This document shows positions 15,125 to 40,478 of a DNA stretch of 64,000 nucleotides, piece by piece (positions within the stretch are counted from its first letter, which is position 1; every line of letters starts with the position of its first letter). The stretch is from Chrysomallon squamiferum. Its lineage: Eukaryota; Animalia; Mollusca. Under the pieces are notes generated by a model. That model was not told the origin of the DNA and did not search any database. It saw nothing but the letters and a program-made list of their open reading frames with translations. The position numbers and the translations under genes were made by a program. The DNA is taken from positions 41,788,001-41,852,000 of the forward strand of contig CM022665.1 of the NCBI GenBank assembly GCA_012295275.1, given 5' to 3'.

Positions 15125-15220
15125 TACAGTCACGTGAACATTCTTTTGATTAATGGCAGACGCCTGTCATTTTGTCTTGTCGTCTGCTAAAGCTTGAATG
15201 TGATGTGCGTGACGTCATTG
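15125..15220. promoter_or_regulatory. Candidate enhancer with Pbx-Hox, Meis, Smad, E-box and CRE motifs
   Basis: GTCACGTGA (15129), TGATTAATGG (15147), CTGTCA (15164), GCAGAC/GTCTGC inverted pair (15156/15182), TGACGTCA (15210). Confidence 0.45.
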
Positions 15221-16989
15221 TTATTAAATTACTTTATTAAAAATCGATTAAGGAACTACTAATTAAATATGTCGGAAATACTGTTTAGAGTAATTCTTAG
15301 CTGTAAACTAAATTTTCGTGTGCCAAACGAGTTGTATAATAGAACAAAATCAGCGAACCCGGATACATTACAAAAATAATTAAAATTCCATTAAAACTTC
15401 TGCTACAGAACTATCATGTTGAAATCAGTTTAATTAATCATTGATTTTGACTGCTCTCTGAGAAATGTCATTATAAAAGGAGTTATTATGGTGAAATAAT
15501 TCATTATATATTAGTAATGACACGTGACGTCATCAACATTTGTAACGTAATAATACTTTCGTTTATTTCGATTGGCTCTGACAAAGTACAATTACTATTA
15601 CTACTAGTGCCACTAATAGTAGTAGTAGTAGTAGTAGTAGTAGTAAAAGAAGAAGAAGAAAATAATATATAAATACATATGCTATTGCTATTGTTGTTTA
15701 GTTCACGTTATACCAGAATATAATGTAATTATACTAATTGTTTTATATGTAATAAATACATTAATTGCTAGAATATAGTATTATTAACATACACTGAACG
15801 CGCGCACTATACAATTGTATTATTTAAATAACATTTGGAATAAAAGCTGTTATTATTGACGTTGGTGATGATGATAGCAAAATACATTATAATTAAATGG
15901 GGGCAGTTAATTGGTTTTTTCCATTATCAGTATTTAAGAAATTGTAATAAGTGAAATGTTTTGTGAAACATTTCTAATCCATACTTTAATCTTTATCTCT
16001 TTTTATTTTCATTCAGTAAAACAGTATAAAATACTTTGATAAATAGATGTTATAATTATACAAGAGGAAAAAAAAAAAAAAAAAAAAGATAATGAAGTTA
16101 AAGAAAGAAAGAAATGTACACTAGTTTCGCTTGCCCGTACCGATTTTTAATTGACACTTAATAGCTACAGCTACGAGTGTCACCATTTGTACCAGTCTAT
16201 CTTGTCTGTGACGTCATGGGGTGACACTTTAACGCGCCCGAAGCGAGCAGACATTGTACCGGACTTCTGAACGTGCGCCACGCGCTGAAAACCTCTGGCA
16301 ACCCTCATTGCAGCACGTGCGCACTGCCGCACTGACCACTGGATGACGGTGGCCGGAGGGTGGGGTCACTAGCTGTAATTATGCGTGTAACTGGGGGTCA
16401 GGTCAACGAAATTTTCAGTGCTTTTGTTTTTCATTTATTGTGCGCAAAAGCTGGTGGGAATTTAATTGGGAGTCGTTTGGCAACAAATTGAAGTTATTTT
16501 TATTGTCGGCGTTAACAAAGAAACACAAATTTAATTGTTTTGAACGACGAGGGAAAATAAAACAGTGAAACTGTAATTCGGTATTTTTATCGTTAATTTG
16601 TTTTGCACTGTCAAATTATTAAGTCACTGCGGGTGCGGGAATAAACCGTACATGTCATGCGCAGACCTACGAATGGAACGATAATGGCGCGCGCCAAATA
16701 TCCTCCACCCTAATTTTTTTGCAAAATGATTTCTAATGTTTTTTTGTTTTTCATTTAAAACAGTTGTGTTCCATTCTGAAATTATTATGTGTAATAATGA
16801 TGAATTTTTTGAGTAGGCTACAAAAAATTAAAGATATAAAAAAAAAAAAAAAATTGTTGTAATTAAGTTAATCTATCAGAAAATCGGCGCTTCTTTTTCT
16901 TTTCAAGTTTATGTTAGTACTGTCGGATGATAAAATTACATTTAGATTTGATTGAAAAATATGAAATAGGTAGGTAAGCGAAGAAATAT

Positions 16990-16990
<1 letters not shown>

Positions 16991-17067
<77 letters not shown>

Positions 17068-17247
17068 GCTATTTTTAAAATGAAAATGTTTATCAAAATT
17101 ATCTTTTAAGATCAAAACCAGCAACTAAATATTAAAGAAATAGTTTTGAACAAATATACATCTAATTAAATTGTATGCCTTTTTGTTGGTGACCGATGAC
17201 GATGTTGTTGATGATTGTATCTATATCTATCTGTCTAAATAGACACA

Positions 17248-17283
<36 letters not shown>

Positions 17284-17461
17284 ATTTATTTTCAGAAAGT
17301 TTTCTTTAATTATAACGAAGGGGCTATTGGCTATGTTCTGCATTTATCAAAAGAATATAGTTTTTAAAATAGTTGTTTTTAAATATTAAACTTTTCTCAA
17401 AAAGTATCATGTATTTAACAACTAAATTATATTTCAGAAAGAATCATACTGACATTTTTAT
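16991..17461 (+). repeat. Left arm of ~470-bp inverted repeat
   Basis: Reverse complement of 19140-19633, about 95% identical outside the microsatellites by manual comparison. Confidence 0.92.
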
Positions 17462-19139
17462 TTTATTGTTATGTTTTATTACTGATTTCAATTAAATATT
17501 TTATTTATCATATTTTACATTGCTTTAGTTAACTTTTATATATTATTTTCATATTTAGTTGTTTATTTATTTATTTTGATTTGGTTTGAGTTCATTTATT
17601 TATTTTTTTTTATTATTTGTTGACAATTCTCTTGGACAGATTCAAAACGAACGAGTCTATGTATTCGTAATACTTTTGTTATAATTTAAGAGACTGGGTT
17701 TCAATAGTTTTAATTTTAAAATTAATAAAAGATTAAAAAAAAAAAACTAAAGTAAAACCGAAAGATGTTAAAATAACAATAATAAAGTCTAACATATATA
17801 TTATTTCAACAAAACATGCTCCTGTTGTTTTAATAAATATATTTTTTCCACAGTAATACATTTTCAGTTGAACTTTTGAATTATTAATAAAATACAGAAT
17901 ATATCATTTCATCGTATATCTGTTTATTAACACTCTTTTTACTTCCATCTTAATGGTTTTCATTTACTTTTTTATTTATTTTCGTTCACATTTGTTAGCT
18001 TTTGTCTTTCGTTTTGCTTTCGTTCGTTCGATCATATTGCTGCTAGCCTTTATTATTCATCTATTTTTATTATTTGTTCCTTCTTTTGTAAAGTTACTTC
18101 TGTCATCCAGTTCATCCACCTCTCAATCTATCGATCTTAATACGACTAGTATTTCAGAAAACATCGTAAACACTGATATCAATATAAAAAAAATTAAATT
18201 ATATTTTCTGGTCGTTAAAATATTAATCAAAAGAGGCGTGGAATCAGAATCGTCGCAACAGAATAAAATTAACGATTAATTTTCCACTCGGATATTCTTT
18301 CTGTTCTATGCATTTAACTCTCATTTATTCAGACAACAATAAACAACACCCTGTTTGTGTTAATAAATGGAAACAATAAACGTTATTGCTTTCCATAATT
18401 CGCGCCCTTTCGAGGAAAAGCCGCCATTTACAAACCGCTGCGACAGTGGCGGTTGTTAGGCATGTGAGCTTGCGCCGAGTGAAATTAGACCACGCTATAG
18501 GCTTCGTGCGACGAGTTGTAAAATGCTTGATAATTATCTTATAGTCAAATAATCTATTCTGTTATTATTGCGTTTGCAGGTGTCTACAAACAGTTTCTGC
18601 ATTTCGAGTCTGAATACAGGCGCCCATTGAGTGCTGCTATAAAACGCAATTGAAAAAAATTAAGCGTTCGGTTTCTAAAGGTCGCGCGGAGATTTACGAG
18701 TTATTTGCCGTGCGAATCGAAAAGAAATGTTATTCCGCACCTCGCCGGTGCGACTGTTAAAAGGCACCTGTTTGTGGAAGGTATACACATGTAAATGAAA
18801 TTGAAGTAATCGCAAAACAAACGCAAATGATTCTAAATACAAACGGACAATATTTTACGAAAAAAAAGAGTCTTTCTCAATATTCCCGGTTTTATTATTC
18901 TTTAATATCGACACGTATTAATTAACAGGTATAATATACAGAGGCGGGTTCTGTCTGTCTATATGCAATTGTAAATTAGCGGAACTGTTTGAAAATGTAT
19001 TTTATATTTTTCCCCTTTCTGGTAATGTCAGTGAAAATTTTTTTTTTAAAAGCTCCATAAAATATAATAAATAAAGAAACTGAAATTGAATGGAAATCAT
19101 ATTATTATTTTACCCCCATAATTCTCTGTTATTTAATTA

Positions 19140-19331
19140 ATAAAAAGTCAGTATGATTCTTTCTGAAACATAATTTAGTTGTTAAATATGATACTTTTTG
19201 AGAAAAGTTTAATATTTAAAAACAACTGTTTTAAAAACTTTATTCTTTTGTTAAATGCAGAACATAGACAATAGCCCCTTCGTTATAATTAAAGAAAACT
19301 TACTGAAAATAAATAAACACACACACACACA

Positions 19332-19368
<37 letters not shown>

Positions 19369-19554
19369 TGTGTCTATTTAGACAGATAGATATAGATATA
19401 ATCATCAACAACATCGTCATCTGTCACCTACAAAAAGGCATATCTTTACATTTTAATTAGATGTATATTTGTTCAAAACTACTTCTTTAATATTTAGTTG
19501 CTGGTTTAGATCTTAAAAGACAATTTTGAAAAACATTTTCATTTTAAAAATAGC

Positions 19555-19633
<79 letters not shown>
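19140..19633 (-). repeat. Right arm of ~470-bp inverted repeat
   Basis: For example gtcagtatgattctttctgaaacataatttagttgttaaata pairs with tatttaacaactaaattatatttcagaaagaatcatactgac (17412-17453). Confidence 0.92.
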
Positions 19634-19634
<1 letters not shown>

Positions 19635-20074
19635 TAGTTATTTGCTTTGTTTTTCACCTCCATTCCTTCTTTGAAAATAACAAAAAATAAACATATGCAA
19701 TACACTACCATCTTTTTGGTGCGCGTGAAAAAGACAATGGTATTATTATTGCGACTATCTCGTATACGATTAGACTATACTGCATTGTACGATGTTAATG
19801 AATAAATGTAGCATTATACCCCAGTTTGTTGTAATGTACGTTATTTATTGCACCGTGTTTGTATTTCGTACTATTCTGTTGTAATTATATATACTGCACT
19901 ACAATGTCTTTCAATTCGTTAATGATTAGGCCCATTAAGGTTATATTGTGAATGTTCAAAACAAATTTAATTTTAATTTAATTTAATTTAATTTTTAATT
20001 TTCTATTGTCATTATTTACAATCGTTATCATAATGTTAATTGTGTTAGCCGTAATCATTATTATGTGTTGCAGA

Positions 20075-20418
20075 GCAGATAGTAGTAGCAACAGCAGCAA
20101 CAGCAGCAACAATAGTAGTAGTAGTAATAGTGAAGGTAGTAAAAGTGATAGTAGTAATAGTAGTAGTAGTAGTAGTAGTAGTAATAGTGAAGGTGGTAAA
20201 AGTGATAGTAGTAGTAATAATACGGAAGATAGTAATAGTAGTAGAATTAGTAATAGTGAAGGTAGTAATAGTGATAGTAGTAGTAGTAATAGTGAAGGTA
20301 GTAATAGTAGTAGTAATAGTGAAGGTAGTAACAGTAGTAGTAGTAGTAGGAACTGTAATAGCAATGGTAGTAGTAGTAGTAGTGGTAGTAGTACTAGTAG
20401 GAACAGTAATAGCAATGA

Positions 20419-20472
<54 letters not shown>

Positions 20473-20640
20473 CAGTAGTAGTAATTGTAGTAATAACAGT
20501 TGTGGCAGTAGTAATATAATTTATAACAGTAGTAGCAGTAACAGTTAAAGCAGTCGTAGTAGTAGTGACAGTGGTGGAAATAGTAACAGTAGTAGTAATA
20601 CTAGTAGTAGAGGTAGAAGTAGTGGTAGCAGTAGTAGCAA
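20075..20640. repeat. (AGT)n-derived low-complexity tract with repeated aatagtgaaggt units
   Basis: Direct inspection. Confidence 0.85.
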
Positions 20641-20780
20641 TGGCGGACCTACATTTTTGGGGCTCTCAAGCTTCAACGAGGTCTGCATAACCATTGTTAT
20701 TTTCTTCAATGGTCTTGTTCCATGACAAATCACCATAATTCTATTGTATTTTATTTTATTATATTATTTGTTTTTTTAAA

Positions 20781-20821
<41 letters not shown>

Positions 20822-21222
20822 GGATTACATTTGTGAAACAAAGTGGTCTAAAGTCGCTTTTGGTTTTCCATCTGTCTTCAGGGCTCCGACGTTTAAGCTT
20901 CATTAGTGTCATAACATATGCGTCCCTGAATAGTAGTGGCAGCAGCTGTAGACTTGACACAATGTCACGTTCTGTTTTTCCTTTAATAATAGGGGTAATA
21001 CAAGTAAATGTATCGTTGTTGCAACAGTAGTAAATACAAAACACGGAAGAACCAAATTCATCAACTCAGTCTTAATAGACTTTTTATATAATTTATTTAT
21101 AAATTGCAGTCTTTTATTTCTGTAAAGGGAAGTAATATTAAGTGGAGATAACTCTGTTATAAATATAAGACAAATAATGTACATGTGCGATAAGTATTTT
21201 GAATTAGTTTTCGAAGTAATAA

Positions 21223-28094
<6,872 letters not shown>

Positions 28095-29348
28095 CCGAAT
28101 TATAATCATTGTTCATCATCAGTAAAAACATCAAACAGAAAGTGAAATGAAGATATTTATCTTTGATAAACTGAAATACCAGGACAGCAAATGTGGATCA
28201 TTTTTTTTTTTTTTCAAGCAGCTCGTAACCACAGATATAAAAAAAAAAAATCACCGTTATATGTGATATATATGAGTACTGATATTAGTTGTGATAAAAA
28301 TATTTTTTTACTGAAAAAAAAAAAAAAAAAAAGAGTAGAAAATGGTATTTGCAAAGGTACTGTGAAGCAACAAAATCTTATTCTGAAGATTGTTTTTTGA
28401 AAATATCGCTATTCTTTAAAATTCCAGAAAAGCCTAAATATTTGTTATTTCACGTAATTATAAGATATAGCTGGAAGAGATCAACCTAGTTGATAACCAG
28501 TTGTTCAGCATCGGCAGTCCAATATAAATTACATGTATTATTCCACAGAAGTTTGTCAAAAATTTGTGTTAAAGGTATTTTTGTTTGATATAATATGGTC
28601 AGTGACTGTATTTACAAAAACAAAACATGTTTATTTGTGTGGATAAATGTGAATGAATAATTGTGTTTTGAAAAAGGGAGATAAAAGTCTGTTGTTACTT
28701 ACATTTATAACTTGTTATTATTATTATTACTAATTATTAATATTATTATTATTATTATTATTTGTTGTTGTTGTTGTTTAAACAGCTTCCAGCAGTTTTT
28801 GTTTGGCAGATTTTGGTCCAGACCAAATAAGCAGTGACATCACGCATGTTTTTAGTATGACATCACCATCTGCACAAAGAATATCAAATTTTAATGCATA
28901 CATGGATATAATTAAATTTAATTAATTTAATTAACTGTAGATATTAACTTTTTATGAAACACAAGACTAAAACAACAACAATAACAATAATAATAATAAA
29001 TTCTCAAACAAAATTTGTATTATTATATATTATTATTATTCTGTGTTCTTTATTCTAAAAAAAAATGCAAAAGATCTACATTAATCACTTGTTATTATTA
29101 TTATTAACATTTTGTGTCGTTTATTCTGAAAAGAAATATGAAGGACATTTTCCAACAAGCTGACCAACCATGATATTTTTTTTTTTTTTTTTTTTTTAGC
29201 TAATATCAAATAATCTACTTTGAACAGAATTTAGAATAGGTTGGATCTGGCAAATCACCAAATTTTCTTCAACGTTTTGTCTTCTATATGATGCATACAA
29301 CAGTTTTCATGATAAATTTTCCTGCTTTGCATTATACATTTTCCTTAC

Positions 29349-29430
29349 AGTATAGATCTTAATACTTAAGTATAGATCTTAATACTTAATATATATCTTA
29401 ATACTTCAGTATAGATCTTAATACTTAAGA
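29349..29430. repeat. ~20-bp tandem repeat (tatagatcttaatacttaag), 4 copies
   Basis: Direct inspection. Confidence 0.9.
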
Positions 29431-29984
29431 TGTGTCCCATACTTGGTGAGCTTGACTCAGGAATTGTGGAGTCATTTATTAAAAATCCATGTTTTACTGA
29501 CATTTTCCACTGAATTATTTAAAAAAAAAAAAAAAAATTTAATTTGCCATAATTTTATAACACAATCACTCAGTGACATCAAGTTAGCAAACAAATCAGC
29601 CATGTTGTTTGCAGGATCAAAGACATTGCAGTAACATTTTAGAATTTAGTTTATGTTTAAAGTTATTATCAATAATTAACAGCTCCACAGTTTTGACAAA
29701 TTTGTATCATCTTTAACGTTTGATACTGTGTAAAACAAACAAATTAATTTTAAAGGGAAAGAGTTTTGCATATTTTTTTTTTTCAGTGTCATCTTTGTTA
29801 TTGGCCTGAAAGTTAATTTTCAGTTGGAACAGTTACTGCATCTTGTGAATGAAATGGCTTTAGGGTGAATGAATCTACAGTGAAAGTAAGACAAAAGGTG
29901 AGCAAATTTAATACTCTCATTTCAAAATGTGACCAAATACAGTTCAGAGTGAGTTCAGTACGTTCTGCACCAATTTCTCAAGTT

Positions 29985-30325
29985 GGGAACGTTATAACAT
30001 GGTTTGTTATGTAGCTCTGAAACCAAAAATATACAGCTCGCTATTTCATATTGTATAATGTTAACGAGTACTAATGGGAATGTTATAACATGGTTTGTTA
30101 TGTTGCTCTGAAACCAAATACACACAACTCACTGTTTCACATTGTATAATGTTAAAACATGGTTTGTTATGTAGTTCTGAAACCCAAAACATAACCTGTT
30201 ATTTCACTTTGTATAATGTTAATGAGTACTCATGGGAATGTTATAACAGGATTTGTTATCTTGCTCTGAAACCGAAAACACATAACTCAGTTTCACATTG
30301 TATAATGTTAATGAGTACTCATAGT
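29985..30325. repeat. ~70-90-bp tandem repeat, 4 copies
   Basis: ataacatggtttgttatgt.gctctgaaacc...tttcacattgtataatgttaa repeated. Confidence 0.9.
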
Positions 30326-30474
30326 AGTGCTTGATTACAGTTTAAATTTATTACTGATCTTTCAACAACACACAATGTATCAGTAAAACTGCTTTGTTAA
30401 CAGTAAATTACCAAAAACACTTTAACGTTTAATCCTTGTCAGACTCGTATGTAAACACAAAGACCTGATATGTT

Positions 30475-30880
30475 GTAATACAAATAATTATTTTTAAATA
30501 CCAAACCTAAATTTCCACTGTCTGAAATTTATTTATATTGTAGCTAACGCATACTGAATAGACTTATACTACTGAATGTTCGAACAGTTATCATGTGGAT
30601 TTCTTTATGAATGAAACAAGATTCTTGTGATCGCTATACCCAGAGCTTCCCGTACCTGTTAAGATACATGTGTATGTATTGACAGGACAGTAATACAAAT
30701 AATCATTTTTAAATACCAAACCTAAATTTGCATTGTCTGAAATTTATTTATATTGTAGCTAACACACACTGAATATTAGAATAGCAATCACGTGGATTTC
30801 TTTAAGAATGAAACAAGGTTCTTGAGATCGTTAAAACCAGAGCTATTAAGATACATGTGTATGTATTGACAGGACAGTAC
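30475..30880. repeat. Two-copy ~200-bp tandem duplication
   Basis: taatacaaataat.atttttaaataccaaacctaaattt at 30475 and 30690; ttaagatacatgtgtatgtattgacaggacagta at 30659 and 30846. Confidence 0.9.
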
Positions 30881-32229
30881 ATGTCATGGACTGATAAAAC
30901 AGTGTAGAGGGGTCTGTTAGACACATATAATGTTTAAGATACAAAGGTAAACGCTGCAAGATGCTGCAGTTTGTAAATAAAGTAAACGAATATACATCAA
31001 AAACAATTTCAGCAAGACTATTACATATTTTAGTAATAGTGGTATGGTATGAAACACATATAACATACATGGAACACACACATGTGTATACATATGTACA
31101 CAGACATGTAGACATATAAATTATTTGTGTGTGTATGTATGTATGTATGCAGCATACGTACTACGTATGTAGTACATACAAACGTACCAACACACATACG
31201 TACATATTCAATCTCACACACAAACTCATACACTGATGTACCTACGTACGTATATACACACACATGCAAATATAAATACATAACACACAGACAAAAGAGT
31301 ATATTTAAATGTAATGATACGAGGTGATTAAAGCCTTTTTCTGCCAAATCGTGCACGTTGATTACCGTTAGAAATCGTTGATCTCTTGTGATTACGCACC
31401 TCCTGTTTCCCTACCAGTCGCGTGGGCCGCTGCGTGGAACGGGAAAATAGCACAGAGAACAATTGAACTTGCGATCTGACACTCTTCAGATGAGAAACTT
31501 AATCCACCCCCTTCGCGATTGTTTCCAGGGTTCACGAATTGTGACGCTGTGAGTCAAATAGTGGGACAGTACACATAGTTATATCTGTCTGACACGGGCC
31601 AGAAACCTGCTTTGTCATCTCGAAATGTAATTCAGTATTGATGGTGGTATTGTGAGACACTGTGATCGAGTGAGCTAACTGTTAGATAGGAGCCCCGACT
31701 CAAACAGGCGCAGAAATTAGTGGAGGAAAACAAGGGAAGGTGTGGACAAACGTTCCCGTTCATGTCGACCAGAATTGATTTTCATTTTAATAAAAAAAAA
31801 ATTTCACTCCGGTTAATTCTTCATACCATTGAAGTGTCTGGTTTTCATAATTTAAATCTTTGTATATCGGACCGTAAAATTAAGAGAAAAAACAGAAGAA
31901 ACGAAAAAAAAAATAAAATAAAAAAAGACTGGCTTCTCTCCTTCTGTATATAATGAATGGCTGACAGTCTGACGAAATACGAGTACTGTCGTCATGCCTG
32001 CTTGCTTGAATGTCTTTTTGTGTGTTTTATGTCGTCATTATAATTTTGTTTCTTCGGGTGACGTAATTACATACATTTGTGCAGAGTATTATATGAAGTC
32101 AAACTGAATAAAAACTATAGGCAGGTCTTAAATAATAAATATAGTAATCTGTTATTTATTACTTTCTATTTTTTCTTCTTCTTCTGTTTATTAGTATTAT
32201 TATCATCATCATCATCATTGTTATTATAA

Positions 32230-32270
<41 letters not shown>

Positions 32271-32956
32271 TGTTGTTGTTGTGGTGGTGGTTGTGGTGGT
32301 GGTGCTATTGTTACAGTTATTGTTATATTAAACTGTGAACTGCACAAAACTAAATAAATCGAAGGACACTAAACCAGATTTATACACAAGTAATCCTGCA
32401 GTTTGTGACAACACAAATACACAAAACATCTCTTACAGAAATTACCAATTTATCTCTTTGATCTTAAACCACAGTACTGAATGATGATACTAACGTAATA
32501 ATATCATGTAGTATATTAAGCAGAGTAGGCCGTTCTTTAGAAACAAAGAAACAAAAAGGAATCACCAGATGTACACTAAACATACAATTAGTTATTAAAA
32601 CCATTACATGTTTTCAGAAACAGAATCCTTTCTAGTGTAGACAACAGTTCAGTTTTTTGTATCAGTACTGTTTGATTTTTATTTCATCTACGGTACTCTT
32701 AAATCCTACATTTTAAACCTACACCTATGTACAAAAAAAAAAAAAAAACTGGATATCTCGCTGTGTTGGTGTACCGTTTTTTGAACTTGAGAAAACTGAA
32801 TGCTTTGTTGTTTATTTCTTACTGTTTCGGGTTACAATGACATCGTTGGGCACTGTTCCAGTGGTCCACTTTTTTTTTGAACTGTTTGGCTTCTCAAGTA
32901 AATGTTTACATTGTGTGTAGGCTTCAGATTGTAAAGATAAAATGATACGTCAGCGT

Positions 32957-33035
32957 TATATATATATATATGTATATACTGAGTACAAGAAAACTATCAC
33001 AAGTTGTTGTCTTCTGAAAACAGCTGCAGGTAAGC
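32957..33035 (+). promoter_or_regulatory. Candidate P450 TATA-like core promoter and non-coding first exon ending at 33029
   Basis: TA run at 32957-32970 followed by a consensus donor CAG|gtaagc at 33030, upstream of the P450 acceptors; no transcript data. Confidence 0.35.
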
Positions 33036-33073
33036 AGAGACAAATTATTTTATATTTTCAGTGATAATGTATA

Positions 33074-33108
<35 letters not shown>

Positions 33109-33199
33109 TACAGTTATCAGTTATGCAGTTTATAAGCAGAGCATGAAGATATGTTGTATTTATTTTTGACATACGATTATATAGCATCAAACGAACGAA

Positions 33200-33330
33200 G
33201 ATAAGAAACTCGTTAAGATTAGCAACAAGGGATTTTTGTTATGCGCCTTCTCATAGACAGGATAGGCTATCGACAGGTTTTGATTAACCAGCTGTTGTGT
33301 CCTGGGTAGAACGGGCAAACGAAGCGTTGA
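33200..33330 (-). mobile_element. SINE fragment, same family as 1370-1655
   Basis: gattagcaacaagggatttttgttatgcgccttctcatagacaggatag aligns with 1472-1520. Confidence 0.6.
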
Positions 33331-33518
33331 TTCCACGACATCTGGAGAATTAGACTTGAATTCTATTAAACACTCGAACTCAATCAGTTTATGAGATATT
33401 TTATTACATATATAACTTTATAGCTACATAACATTGGTATTTAGTCAGGTCTGTTTGATCTCTGAAGTCTGCTTATTTCATACTGATTTCTGTATTCTGT
33501 TTATGCGAATTCTTAATA

Positions 33519-33580
<62 letters not shown>

Positions 33581-33730
33581 TGAACAAACTAATATACCAA
33601 ATTCATATTTTGCAGATATTTAACAGACGAATTTGATTCTTTTTTTTCTTTTTTGTTCCAATATGGCGTCCATCGAAATAATGCTTTTAACTTTTAAGCT
33701 ATATTTTTTAGGCAGGAGAGATCTTCAAGC

Positions 33731-33769
33731 ATGTCTGTTGTGACACCAGCGTACGACTTCGCCAGAGAG
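33731..33769 (+). CDS. Probable upstream coding exon of the P450 (MSVVTPAYDFARE)
   Basis: Acceptor tttttag at 33711, ATG at 33731, donor GAG|gtaagc at 33770. Splicing to cag|AAAATC at 35004 is in frame with ATG 35010. Confidence 0.5.
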
Positions 33770-34100
33770 GTAAGCTGTACATGTAATTTATAGTGAAAAA
33801 AATGACTGAACATTTATTATTTCTACACAGAGCATTAAACTGAAGATTTAAGAAAGATACATACTAAAACATTTCTAGACTGTATTATCACTGAAGGATT
33901 AATTAAATTAAAGATTTAAGAAAGATACACACTAAATCTGTTCTAGACTGGACTAGTGTGCAATTATATGCTCTTTAGTAAAATTCTCGTTCCAACAAGT
34001 ACTCCGCGAAAGAGTATGGTGTGTGATCTCCTCTATATTGGAATCTGCATAAAAGACTCGCTAACAATATTGGATGAAAATAGTGCTATTGAAATTGTTG

Positions 34101-34165
<65 letters not shown>

Positions 34166-34885
34166 GATGTTGTTGTTGTAGTTGTAGTTGTAGCTGTAGT
34201 AGACTGTTATTGCTACTGAAACTGCCATTATTATTATTAATATTAGTAGTAGTAGTAGTTGTAGTAGGAGTAGTAGTAGTAGCAGTAGTAGTATTGTTGT
34301 TGTCGTTGTCGTCGTTGTTGTTATAAATGACCTCTTTCAAACAAAAACCACTGAAAAACAACGACACATCTTTAAAATTTGTTTCAACGACTTTGTGTAC
34401 TTTGAACAGAATTTGATGAGGCAACATTTTAGTATCATATAACGACCTCAGTGTTAGCTGTTTAAAGCACTTTCAAGTATTCAGATATCATTTAAGACAC
34501 AATGGGATGTCATTTTTGTCAAGTGGGTTTCAACTGATTTACCCTGTCATTAGATATAAACAGCAGAAACTGGACATGCTGCAGTGTCTTACGTCGTTGT
34601 GTGCACGTTATGAGCGCTTGGGTAACGTACAGTTTCTGAGACAGACATACAGACAAATAGATATAAAGATAGATAGATAGATAGATAGATATATAGATAG
34701 ATGGTTGGATAAATAGATAGATGGATGGAGAGAAATACAGGTAATATGCAGATGTGTATATATATATATCTATATCTATATCTGTATCTATATATCTATA
34801 TACCTATATCTGTATCTCTGTCCATATCTACATATATCTATATATCTATATCTATCTATCTATCTATATATATATAAATATAAAT

Positions 34886-34980
<95 letters not shown>

Positions 34981-35009
34981 TGATCTTGCTTCTTGTATTT
35001 CAGAAAATC

Positions 35010-40478
<5,469 letters not shown>

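Noticed and set aside
16991-19633. Autonomous DNA transposon with long TIRs
   Set aside because: No transposase ORF in the spacer, no clear target-site duplication, and the arms are ordinary microsatellite-bearing DNA. Kept as an inverted duplication instead.
20006-20548. 180-aa ORF resembling a secreted Ser/Asn-rich protein with a hydrophobic N-terminus
   Set aside because: Starts at TTG and is the translation of an (AGT)n-derived tract. Other frames and the opposite strand are also open, as expected for triplet repeats; no splice or homology support.
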